Shown here in pieces: positions 1 to 7,470 of a stretch of 60,670 nucleotides of DNA (position 1 is the first letter of the stretch; every line of letters starts with the position of its first letter). The notes under the pieces were generated by a model. The model was not told where the DNA came from. It saw nothing but the letters and a program-made list of their open reading frames with translations, and searched no databases. Source of the DNA: an uncultured Syntrophobacteraceae bacterium (GTDB lineage: Bacteria > Desulfobacterota > Syntrophobacteria > Syntrophobacterales > Syntrophobacteraceae); NCBI GenBank assembly GCA_964527905.1, contig CAZGQL010000005.1, forward strand, positions 1-60,670. The letters are read 5' to 3'. The position numbers were made by a program, and so were the translations under genes.

Positions 1-1143
1 CTCGGAGGCGGACCAGCCGTTCCCCTTCACGATGTCCTTGTGCTTCTCGGTGATTTCCTTGCGGAAGGTCGCATTCACCTCCTCGATGCGCTTCTTTTCT
101 CCCGCCAGCTTGACGTCGTAAACGTTGCCCACGGGGATGTCAAAAAAGGAGCGCACGCCACCCGTGAAGGCCACGGCCTTTTCCTGGTTCGAGCCCGGAG
201 GACCCTGGACCTTATATTTGGGCGTGATGGGATAAACCCCCAGTTCGGAAACCAATTTTTGCCCTTCCTCGGAAATCAGGAATTCGATGAACGCATGGGC
301 GGCCTTCGGGTGGGGAGCTCCCTTCAAAACGGCCATCGGTTCCGGTGTAACGTAGGCATTGGTCGGATACACATACATGAGCTCATAACCGCCCAGAACC
401 TCCGCAAAGGCCATGTAGCTCGGGACGCCGAAGCCAACGGCAAACTCACCCTTGGCCACGACATTGGGCACGTCACGGGAACGGGCGGTGAAAATGCCCG
501 TGTTGGCGGCCAGCTTGGTGAGCCATTCCCATCCCTTCTCCCATCCGAAGGTTTGAAGAATGACCTCACAGGTCGCGTGGCTGGAGCTCGATCGATCGGG
601 GGTGCACTGGGCGATCTGACCCTTCAGCTTGGGATTGAGCAGGTCGTCCCAGTCCTTGATCTCGACGTCCAGGCGCTTGAGGAGCTTCGGTTGGTAAATG
701 ATGCCGTAGGGTTCCAGCATGGTGCCGACCCAGAACCGGTTTGGGTCCTTGATGGGCAGCGGCACGGGCTTGCCGATGGCCGCAGGGATTTCATCCCACA
801 TGGCTTGGGGAAGCTGGATTTTCTCCAAAAGCCCCTGGGAAGCCAGGTCGTCAAAAAGAATGCCTTCCCCGCCCCAGAAAATATCGGCTTGAGGATTGCC
901 TTTCCACTCGAGAATCTGCCCGTATGCCACGGGGGTCCCTTTGGGGATCGCACTGGTCTTGACCTCGATTTGCCACTTCTTTTTGGCATAATCGGCGAAC
1001 GCCTTGAGGACGGGGTCCGTGACATCCTTGGAAACCGGCGTGATCAGGTACAATTCGTTTTCAATGGGCTGGGCGTGGAGGGGGCTCCAACACGGAAAGG
1101 CCAAACCCACAATCAGTACGGTCAGCACGAAGATCTTTTTCAT
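1..1143 (-). CDS. ABC-transporter periplasmic solute-binding protein (family-1 extracellular SBP type); C-terminus runs off the window start
   Basis: Missing from the ORF track because no stop lies inside the window. Reverse-complement translation from ATG 1143-1141 gives MKKIFVLTVLIVGLAFPCWSPLHAQPIENELYLITPVSKDVTDPVLKAFADYAKKKWQIEV..., a signal peptide followed by SBP-like sequence. A GGAGGGAG Shine-Dalgarno lies just upstream. The listed + ORF 40..1158 is its antisense shadow. Confidence 0.7.
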   Translation of the reverse strand, partial: MKKIFVLTVLIVGLAFPCWSPLHAQPIENELYLITPVSKDVTDPVLKAFADYAKKKWQIEVKTSAIPKGTPVAYGQILEWKGNPQADIFWGGEGILFDDLASQGLLEKIQLPQAMWDEIPAAIGKPVPLPIKDPNRFWVGTMLEPYGIIYQPKLLKRLDVEIKDWDDLLNPKLKGQIAQCTPDRSSSSHATCEVILQTFGWEKGWEWLTKLAANTGIFTARSRDVPNVVAKGEFAVGFGVPSYMAFAEVLGGYELMYVYPTNAYVTPEPMAVLKGAPHPKAAHAFIEFLISEEGQKLVSELGVYPITPKYKVQGPPGSNQEKAVAFTGGVRSFFDIPVGNVYDVKLAGEKKRIEEVNATFRKEITEKHKDIVKGNGWSASE

Positions 1144-1514
1144 GAGTCTCCCTCCTAGGGCTTGTTGTGAACAGAAATCATGCTGGCTCTCCTCCCGACG
1201 CGCCCGCTTCGGGGTACAAGCGGTCCCAACCGGGTGACAATCCGACTGCCAATGCTCGGTCGAGGGTTGTGAGGCGGTCAAGCGGTTCCCGGGATGGTTG
1301 GTCTGCAGGTCGAACGGCATTCGACGGACGAGGGGGCGAGCCGGGCGCCGCGGGTCTGGTGCGTCATGAAGCGAAGCCACTATGATGGAAAGCTGCCCGA
1401 CGAGTCAAGTCAATTGGAGGTTCGGGGGCGAGGTTCGAGGAGGTGGAGGACTTGGGAGCAAACCAGCGACGGCAATAGATCTGTGCCGCGGGCGTCGCCA
1501 TTCTCTCAGAGGAC

Positions 1515-1591
1515 TGGTGCCCCCGGCAGGACTCGAACCTGCGGCACCGAGATTAGGAATCTCGTGCTCTATCCGCCTGAGCTACGGGGGC
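1515..1591 (-). tRNA. tRNA-Arg (anticodon CCT)
   Basis: The reverse complement GCCCCCGTAGCTCAGGCGGATAGAGCACGAGATTCCTAATCTCGGTGCCGCAGGTTCGAGTCCTGCCGGGGGCACCA folds as a 77-nt cloverleaf. It has a 7-bp acceptor stem, a GTTCGAGTC T-loop, anticodon loop TTCCTAA and an encoded CCA. Confidence 0.95.
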
Positions 1592-1851
1592 AACGGGCGA
1601 CGAAAGCGGGCTGGCGCTTCATCCGCCAGCCGTTGGCATGGGCTCACATATCCTTTCTTTTTTCCAAAAAGTCAAGCGCACATCATCGTGCCGGGCTCGC
1701 TCAACCCTTGTCCGGACTGTGAGTCGGGGCCCGCTCGGCATGCCTGGACTCAAGCCCCCGAAGGCGAACTGGGGACACTCGCCCAACGGCGCACCTGCTA
1801 CAGGACCGCCGTGCTGCCTCGCCGCTCAGATCTACCGAAGGGGTTTTTCGC

Positions 1852-1880
1852 TTGCCTATCGGTTTGGACTTTGCTAGATA
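1852..1880 (+). promoter_or_regulatory. sigma70-like promoter for tRNA-Arg(ACG): TTGCCT-N17-TAGATA
   Basis: TTGCCT (1852-1857), an exact 17-nt spacer and TAGATA (1875-1880) end 15 nt before the mature tRNA 5' end. Confidence 0.45.
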
Positions 1881-1895
1881 TCCTCCGTTCCACAG

Positions 1896-1972
1896 GCGCC
1901 CGTAGCTCAGCTGGATAGAGTGCCGGACTACGAATCCGTAGGTCGCACGTTCGAATCGTGCCGGGCGCGCCA
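1896..1972 (+). tRNA. tRNA-Arg (anticodon ACG)
   Basis: GCGCCCGTAGCTCAGCTGGATAGAGTGCCGGACTACGAATCCGTAGGTCGCACGTTCGAATCGTGCCGGGCGCGCCA is 77 nt. It has a perfect 7-bp acceptor stem, anticodon loop CTACGAA, a GTTCGAATC T-loop and an encoded CCA. Confidence 0.95.
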
Positions 1973-1980
1973 AGAAAATC

Positions 1981-2018
1981 AAGGGCTTAGCCGAAACCCG
2001 GCCAAGCCCTTTTTTGCT
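1981..2018 (+). terminator. Rho-independent terminator after tRNA-Arg(ACG)
   Basis: AAGGGCTTAGCC-gaaaccc-GGCCAAGCCCTT forms a 12-bp stem with one mismatch, followed by TTTTTGCTTT. Confidence 0.8.
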
Positions 2019-2554
2019 TTCGCCATTTTGTCCCCGTTCTGTCCCCGTTTTTCCAAAGACGCTCATCACGCCTTCGCCATGCAAAGGCGGCTTCCATACC
2101 TTACCTCCACTGCCGGGGACACTCACCATAGGGCCTTGAGTTCTCCAAGACGCCGGCATCAGCCACCAGAGGGCCGGCCCCACTCGAAAGTCCCCTGCCC
2201 GGGGAGTCACTGATCGATCCTTCCGCTGGTGCTCTCCGAGACCCATAGCCGATCCATCCGCGCTCTGCGGGTGGCGGTGATCTGCCTGGGAGAGGCCCGG
2301 CAGGCTGCTTCTCAGGAATGGGGGACTTCTCTTGTCCGTGATAACACGGCTCCCGTTGGCTTGGTTCCTGGTGATCGATCACCTTGCGCCCTTGTTCGCG
2401 GGCGCGCTTTGCGCACCGAAGGACAATGCATAAAGAGCGTGAGCGCCACGATTTCCCCGGAAGCGAAGCGCGTCCGGGGAACGGGCTGCGGCTGAGCCGC
2501 GCCACCAACGGCGGCGTCGGCTCGAGCCGCTTGTTAGGCCGCCCTTGTCACATT

Positions 2555-3148
2555 TTAGGGTTTCCAGATCTCCCATACTTTGCCTACAAGCGCTGGGTCT
2601 GGCTTGAGTGTGGTTTGACCTGGCTGCCAGCCTGACGGCGTTACTTCTCCAGTGGCTCGCACGTGCTGGAACGCCTTGATTTGTCTTAGCAATTCATCAG
2701 GATTACGACCTACCTCCGGGGTCAGCACCTCCATCGCCCGAATAACAAAATCTGGGTCAATGATGAACCGGCCCCGAATGTCTACCCCAGCCGCCTCGTC
2801 ATGTACCCCATAGACTGCACCTATCTTCCCACCGGCATCTGCAAGCATCGGAAATGGTACGCCACCGCTCACCATTTTGCACAACTCTTGCTCTTGCCAA
2901 ATCTTATGCACAAAGCGACTGTCGGTGCTCATCGCCAGCACTTCTATCCCAAGAGCCTTAAACTCCTCATACCGGGCGGCGACCGCCGCCAGTTCGGTCG
3001 GTCAGACAAACGTGAAATCTCCCGGGTAGAAACAAAGAACTATCCATTTGCCTCTATAGTCGGAAAGCTTGAGAGGCCGGAAGCCTTCCCCTTCAATGTA
3101 GGCATTGGTCTCAAAATCAATCGCCTCTTGGCCAACCCGTGCTAACAT
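2555..3148 (-). CDS. Selenocysteine-containing peroxiredoxin (AhpC/Prx1-type), 197 aa, with in-frame UGA (Sec) at 3004-3002
   Basis: Track ORFs 3002..3418(-) and 2555..2941(-) share a frame and are separated only by TGA. The read-through junction is [38 protein letters not shown], i.e. the Prx motif DFTFVCPTE with Sec at the peroxidatic Cys position. The start is ATG 3148-3146 (MLARVGQEAIDFE...), 6 nt after AAGGAGG. Confidence 0.85.
2975..2990 (-). promoter_or_regulatory. Putative bacterial SECIS hairpin (GGCGGC-GGUC-GCCGCC) 11 nt downstream of the UGA
   Basis: The mRNA reads UGA CCGACCGAACU GGCGGC GGUC GCCGCC CGG. This gives a 6-bp GC stem with a GGUC apical loop. The CCG directly after UGA can also pair with the CGG after the stem. 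Confidence 0.6.
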
Positions 3149-3321
3149 CTTGACCTCCTTTCCCATTGTGCTTCTCTCGGACGTTGCTGTGGATTCAGTT
3201 GTCGGTAAGATTGGTCCACGTGCCGGTTTGACACAACCATCCTTGAGTTCTGCCATTGCAACCTCCTCAATATCCATCGTTAGTTGTTTTTTGCAGCCAA
3301 GCTCTTCAGAGCTGGCCAACA

Positions 3322-3353
<32 letters not shown>

Positions 3354-3526
3354 TGAGCGGCGTCAGGTTCAAGCGCGTGTTCCAGTAAGCCGCTCGGCGG
3401 CAGGTTCCTTCGCCACAACCCTCGCCGACTCGCGCCAGTTTTGATTCTTCCTCAGTGATAACCTCCTTTGGGCTACCATACCTCTCCAAGGAAGAGTCAC
3501 TCGTTCGCACAAACGACGGGAGAGGT

Positions 3527-3895
3527 ATGGTCATGGAAAACTGGTACGAGCGAGCGATCAAGGCCCTGCAGCTCAACGGCGAGGAGGAACGAACCCCGCA
3601 GTGCTAAGGCGAGCGGTGCGGATGCTGGTGCAATTCTACGGCAGGACCCCCGACCGTGTCACGGAGGAAGAGCTTCAGGAGTATTTTCTCCATCTCAAGA
3701 AAGCCAACAAATGGTCTCCCAACACCATGCGGATCTGCTGCTGCGGCATTCGCTCCCTCTTTGAGAATGTGCTCCGGCGGGACTGGCACCTCCTCGGGAT
3801 TCTGCGAGCCCAAAACGGGCGCAGGCTTCCGTCCGTCCTCAGCGTCGAGGAAGTCCGAAGGCTTCTCGGCGAGGTCAAGGCAGTCCAGAATCACA
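3527..3895 (+). pseudogene. Tyrosine recombinase/integrase fragment (N-terminal SAM-like domain only; frameshifted and 3'-truncated)
   Basis: MVMENWYERAIKALQLNGEEERTPQC* is followed, after a frame change, by RAVRMLVQFYGRTPDRVTEEELQEYFLHLKKANKWSPNTMRICCCGIRSLFENVLRRDWHLLGILRAQNGRRLPSVLSVEEVRRLLGEVKAVQNH. The catalytic domain is absent. Confidence 0.7.
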
Positions 3896-4140
3896 CGTTC
3901 TTCCAGAAAAGCCGGCGCTGCTCCTTCATGCAGTGGGCCGTGAAGACGGGCTCATTGGCAGAGAGCAGATGGTGGAGGCGCTCCTTGCGATCGACGCTGA
4001 GATGATCGTAGTTCGTCAAGAGGAGGAAACGACTGCCTTTGAGGGTTTTCTTGCCAAGCTCATCGAGCTCCCTTTGCTGTTTTCGACGGAGCTCATCGAT
4101 AGCTTGGTTGACCAGTGCTGCCACAGGGTAATCGTGCCAA
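3891..4140 (-). pseudogene. ISL3-family transposase fragment (middle part)
   Basis: FWHDYPVAALVNQAIDELRRKQQRELDELGKKTLKGSRFLLLTNYDHLSVDRKERLHHLLSANEPVFTAHCMKEQRRLFW matches the ISL3 DRFH...VRR...LKGSR.LLLKN...LKE..R..W region. It is cut off where it abuts the integrase fragment. Confidence 0.65.
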
Positions 4141-4400
4141 AACTGAGCAGGTTAAGAACCATAAGCGCAACGGGTGGAGCCGGCGCTTGAAGTAAAGCAT
4201 CCCCCGGAACCCGTAGGCCTGTCTTTTGAGAGTCTTGATCTTGTTGTTGCCCTCGAGCCGTTGTTGGTGATGAAGTGCTAGAAATAGTCGAGCAGTCCCA
4301 TTTTGTAGGCGCCCAGGGTCCTGGCCACTTTCGTCAACTCCTCGATTCCTGACTGCACGACATCCCGGCCCCGAAAACCATCTCGGACCGACCTGGAAAA
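4141..4400 (-). pseudogene. ISL3-family transposase fragment (C-terminal end; in-frame stop plus frameshift)
   Basis: The reverse complement gives RDVVQSGIEELTKVARTLGAYKMGLLDYF*HFITNNG, then after a frameshift LEGNNKIKTLKRQAYGFRGMLYFKRRLH. This is the ISL3 C-terminal signature ..TNG.LEG.NNKIK.LKR.AYGFR. Confidence 0.65.
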
Positions 4401-4542
4401 ATCAACTCCAAAACCTCGTAATTTCCCGAGGTGTATTGGTCCCCTGTCTCTGGTTCAATGACGACCAAGAAGAGCGGTTGGATCGGCTGCCGGTTCGAGG
4501 GGCAGCCTCAGAGAATCGGAACCTTTGAGAGGAGACCACGCA

Positions 4543-6081
4543 ATGTCCACAAACAACGGGAACAAGACCAGTATTCGCAATGTCGTGTTCATCATGCTCG
4601 ACACGCTGCAGTTCAACTATCTCGGGTGTTATGGCAACCAGCAAGTAAAGACCCCGAATCTCGACCGTTTCGCCCGAAACGGGATCCTTTTTGAAAATGC
4701 TTACAGTGAAGGGCTGCCCACAGTCCCGGTTCGTCGCGCCATCATGACCGGCCGCTTCACACTGCCGGTTGCCGGCTGGCAACCGCTTTCCCACGAAGAC
4801 ACTACCCTCACCGACATACTGTGGGGACGTAAAGTTCAGACCGCGCTCGTCTACGATACGCCGCCCATGCGGCTGCCCAAGTACGGCTATTCCCGGGGGT
4901 TCGACTATGTCAAGTTTTGTCCCGGCCACGAGCTCGACCACACCACCTACAAGGACGACCCTCTCGACCCGGGCATGCGCGCCATCGACTACACCTCCCC
5001 TTCCATGGTCTACGACGAGAAAGGCGAACTGATCGACGACGCCAGCCAAGCCCTTCTCGACGAGATCGACTGTTTCCTCCGCTTCAGACAGAACTGGCGT
5101 TCCGAAGAGGACAACTATGTCAGCGTTGTGGCTCGCGAGGCGGACCACTGGCTCCGCCACAAACGCATCAAGAACCGTCCTTTCCTGCTCTGGATCGACT
5201 CTTTCGATCCTCACGAACCATGGGATCCTCCATCAGTCTGGAAGGGAGAGCCTTGCCCCTACAATCCCGACTACGAGGGCAACCCCATTCTGCTGGCCCC
5301 TTGGACTCCCGTGGAGGGGAGGATATCGGAGCGTGAAGCAGAGCATATCCGAGCTCTCTACGCCGAGAAAATCACCCTGGTGGACAAACAGATCGGCAGG
5401 CTGCTCGACTCCATCCGAGACCAAGGGCTCTGGGATGAAACCATGATCATCATCACCTCCGACCATGGTCAGCCCATGGGGAACGGGGAGCACGGTCATG
5501 GGATCATTCGAAAGTGCCGCCCCTGGCCTTACGAAGAACTGGTACACGTCCCCCTCATGATGCACATCCCGGGGATGGGTGGGAACAAACGAATCCAAGG
5601 CTTCGTGCAGAACGTCGATATCCCCCCTACCATCTTGGACGCTCTGGAGCTGCTCGATGCAAAGAGCATCGATAGCGGCTATGGCTTTCCGGTCTTTGAC
5701 GCGTTCGATATGCAGGGCCAGAGTCTTTTGCCCCTTGTCAGGGGTGAGGTTGACAAGATCCGTGACTATGCCATCGCCGGGTACTTTGGCATGTCCTGGT
5801 CTCTCATCACCGAAGACTACAGCTACATCCACTGGATCCTGAAAGATGCCAGCCAGCGCGACTACACCAGCACCCAAAACCCCGGCAAGGAAACCATGAA
5901 AGACGATTCCATGTGGTCCTGCACCGTGGGAGCCAAGCAGGAAGTCCCCGAAAGCGACGAGATGTATGACCGTCGAACGGATCCTTTTCAGCTCAGGAAC
6001 ATCATTAAGGAACATCCCCAAAAGGCGGAGGAGCTTCTCCGGCAGTTGAAGGAAACCATCGGCGAACTGAGGAGCTCGTAA
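4543..6081 (+). CDS. Sulfatase-family (alkaline-phosphatase superfamily) hydrolase with Thr at the formylglycine position
   Basis: MSTNNGNKTSIRNVVFIMLDTLQFNYLGCYGNQQVKTPNLDRFARNGILFENAYSEGLPTVPVRRAIMTGR... plus a downstream ITSDHGQPMGNGEHGHG metal-site motif. GAGGAG lies 8 nt before ATG 4543; the track start at 4525 is a TTG. Confidence 0.8.
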   Translation: MSTNNGNKTSIRNVVFIMLDTLQFNYLGCYGNQQVKTPNLDRFARNGILFENAYSEGLPTVPVRRAIMTGRFTLPVAGWQPLSHEDTTLTDILWGRKVQTALVYDTPPMRLPKYGYSRGFDYVKFCPGHELDHTTYKDDPLDPGMRAIDYTSPSMVYDEKGELIDDASQALLDEIDCFLRFRQNWRSEEDNYVSVVAREADHWLRHKRIKNRPFLLWIDSFDPHEPWDPPSVWKGEPCPYNPDYEGNPILLAPWTPVEGRISEREAEHIRALYAEKITLVDKQIGRLLDSIRDQGLWDETMIIITSDHGQPMGNGEHGHGIIRKCRPWPYEELVHVPLMMHIPGMGGNKRIQGFVQNVDIPPTILDALELLDAKSIDSGYGFPVFDAFDMQGQSLLPLVRGEVDKIRDYAIAGYFGMSWSLITEDYSYIHWILKDASQRDYTSTQNPGKETMKDDSMWSCTVGAKQEVPESDEMYDRRTDPFQLRNIIKEHPQKAEELLRQLKETIGELRSS

Positions 6082-6171
6082 ACGACAATTTGTGCGGGGT
6101 TGGTGGGGCCCGCAGCAGCCCCACACTCCGTGCAGCACAGCCCGCAACCTGTCCTTAAACGAGGAGAAGTC

Positions 6172-6480
6172 ATGTTTCAGGCCATAGCAGATGACGTTTT
6201 TGTTTCCACCGTCGAGAGCGTTGACAGCGGAGTCGTGATTTTCGTCAAGAAGCTCTGCCCTCATTGCAAGAACATGCTGAAAATGCTTGAAAAATTCATA
6301 AAAATCGTCCCGGCGGCTCAGGTCTTTACCGCGGACATCGAGGAGTGCCCACTGTCCACGGCAGCTTTGACGGTGGACCGAGCCCCTACGGTTTGTGTCG
6401 TGAAAAGCGGGAAAATCGTGGCTCGGAAAACCGGCCTCATGAATCCCAGGGAGATGGCGGCGTTCTACGAAGGCGTCTGA
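6172..6480 (+). CDS. Thioredoxin-fold protein with CPHC redox motif (102 aa)
   Basis: MFQAIADDVFVSTVESVDSGVVIFVKKLCPHCKNMLKMLEKF... A GAGGAG SD lies 5 nt before ATG 6172. Confidence 0.75.
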   Translation: MFQAIADDVFVSTVESVDSGVVIFVKKLCPHCKNMLKMLEKFIKIVPAAQVFTADIEECPLSTAALTVDRAPTVCVVKSGKIVARKTGLMNPREMAAFYEGV

Positions 6481-6514
6481 TGCCTGCGCTCGCACTGAAA
6501 AAAGGGGGGCTCCC

Positions 6515-7447
6515 ATGAAAGAAACCCGTTCCTTCGATGTTCTGATCATCGGCGGCGGCATCGCCGGAATGACGGCGGCCATTTATCTCGCCAGGGCCAA
6601 TGTCAAGGCCGTGATCCTCGAGAAAGCCATTTGCGGCGGTCTCTGCAATTACACGTATGTCGTGGAAAACTTCCCCTCCTACCCCTCCATTCACGGGATG
6701 GACCTCATGCAGAAGGTTCGGGATCACGTGGACCATCTGGGCGTGGCAGTGGAGGAAGTGTGTGAGATCCAGCGGCTGGATATCACCGGCCGGGAAAAGG
6801 TCATTGAAACGGATGAAGCCCTTTACAAGGGAGCGGCCGTGATCGTCGCCACGGGGCGAAAGCCCATCCTGCTGGATGTCCCAGGGGGCGAGGCCGTTCA
6901 CTACTGCTCTGTCTGCGACGGTTTCGCCTATGCCGGAAAGCGGGTGCTGGTGGCCGGGGGCGGAAACAGCGGTTTCGACGAAAGCCTCTACCTCTTACGG
7001 ATCGGGGTCCGGCACATCACACTGGTCGAGGTGATGGACCGCTTCTTCGCCGCCCAGTCCGCCCAGGATGAACTGTTGAACCACGACAACGTCGACGCCC
7101 GCACGGGCACCAAGGTCATTGAAATCCTTCAGGAGAACGGCAAAGTCTCGGGGGCGGTCCTGGAAAAGGTGGCTACAGGGGAGCGGGAAACCATCGAAAT
7201 TGACGGCGCCTTCGCCTTCCTTGGCCAGAACCCGACCACCGAGTTCCTCAAGGGCATCGTGGATCTCGATGACTACGGCTACGTCCTGGCTGGAGAGGAC
7301 ATGAGCACCAGCGTCCCTGGCGCGCATTCCGCAGGGGACCTGAGCTGCAAGCGGTTCCGGCAGCTCACGACGGCCATGAACGACGGCACGATCGCGGCCC
7401 TGGCCTGCGAGCGCTATGTTCGCACTCAGCAATCCTGTGCCGTGTAG
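6515..7447 (+). CDS. Thioredoxin-reductase-like flavoprotein (low-Mr TrxR fold, CSVC redox centre, NADPH 2'-phosphate motif not conserved)
   Basis: It has an FAD GxGxxG motif (DVLIIGGGIAGMTAA), redox motif HYCSVCDG, second dinucleotide motif VLVAGGGNSGFDESLYL and C-terminal GAHSAGD. The HRRDxxRA region reads VEVMDRFFAAQ. Confidence 0.8.
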   Translation: MKETRSFDVLIIGGGIAGMTAAIYLARANVKAVILEKAICGGLCNYTYVVENFPSYPSIHGMDLMQKVRDHVDHLGVAVEEVCEIQRLDITGREKVIETDEALYKGAAVIVATGRKPILLDVPGGEAVHYCSVCDGFAYAGKRVLVAGGGNSGFDESLYLLRIGVRHITLVEVMDRFFAAQSAQDELLNHDNVDARTGTKVIEILQENGKVSGAVLEKVATGERETIEIDGAFAFLGQNPTTEFLKGIVDLDDYGYVLAGEDMSTSVPGAHSAGDLSCKRFRQLTTAMNDGTIAALACERYVRTQQSCAV

Positions 7448-7470
7448 CGATGACCAGGAGGGAAGACACC

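Noticed and set aside
40-1158. 372-aa plus-strand ORF at the window start
   Set aside because: Low-complexity Gly/Arg/Leu-rich product with no motif. It is the exact antisense of a convincing signal-peptide-bearing solute-binding protein gene with a strong SD, so it is a high-GC shadow ORF.
2020-2554. Several 65-135-aa ORFs on both strands between tRNA-Arg(ACG) and prx
   Set aside because: All are Arg/Pro/Gly-rich with no motifs, no SD-start combinations and mutually overlapping frames. I treated the segment as non-coding or decayed DNA.
5233-6582. 449-aa minus-strand ORF overlapping the sulfatase-like and thioredoxin-like genes
   Set aside because: It is antisense to two genes with clear family motifs and has no recognisable domains. 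The same applies to other long antisense ORFs, such as 4402..5214(-), 7426..8214(-), 15296..16927(-), 17043..17879(-), 19304..20227(-), 24576..25538(-), 25678..26508(-), 30436..31713(-), 44304..45041(+), 46807..47625(+) and 51483..52343(-).
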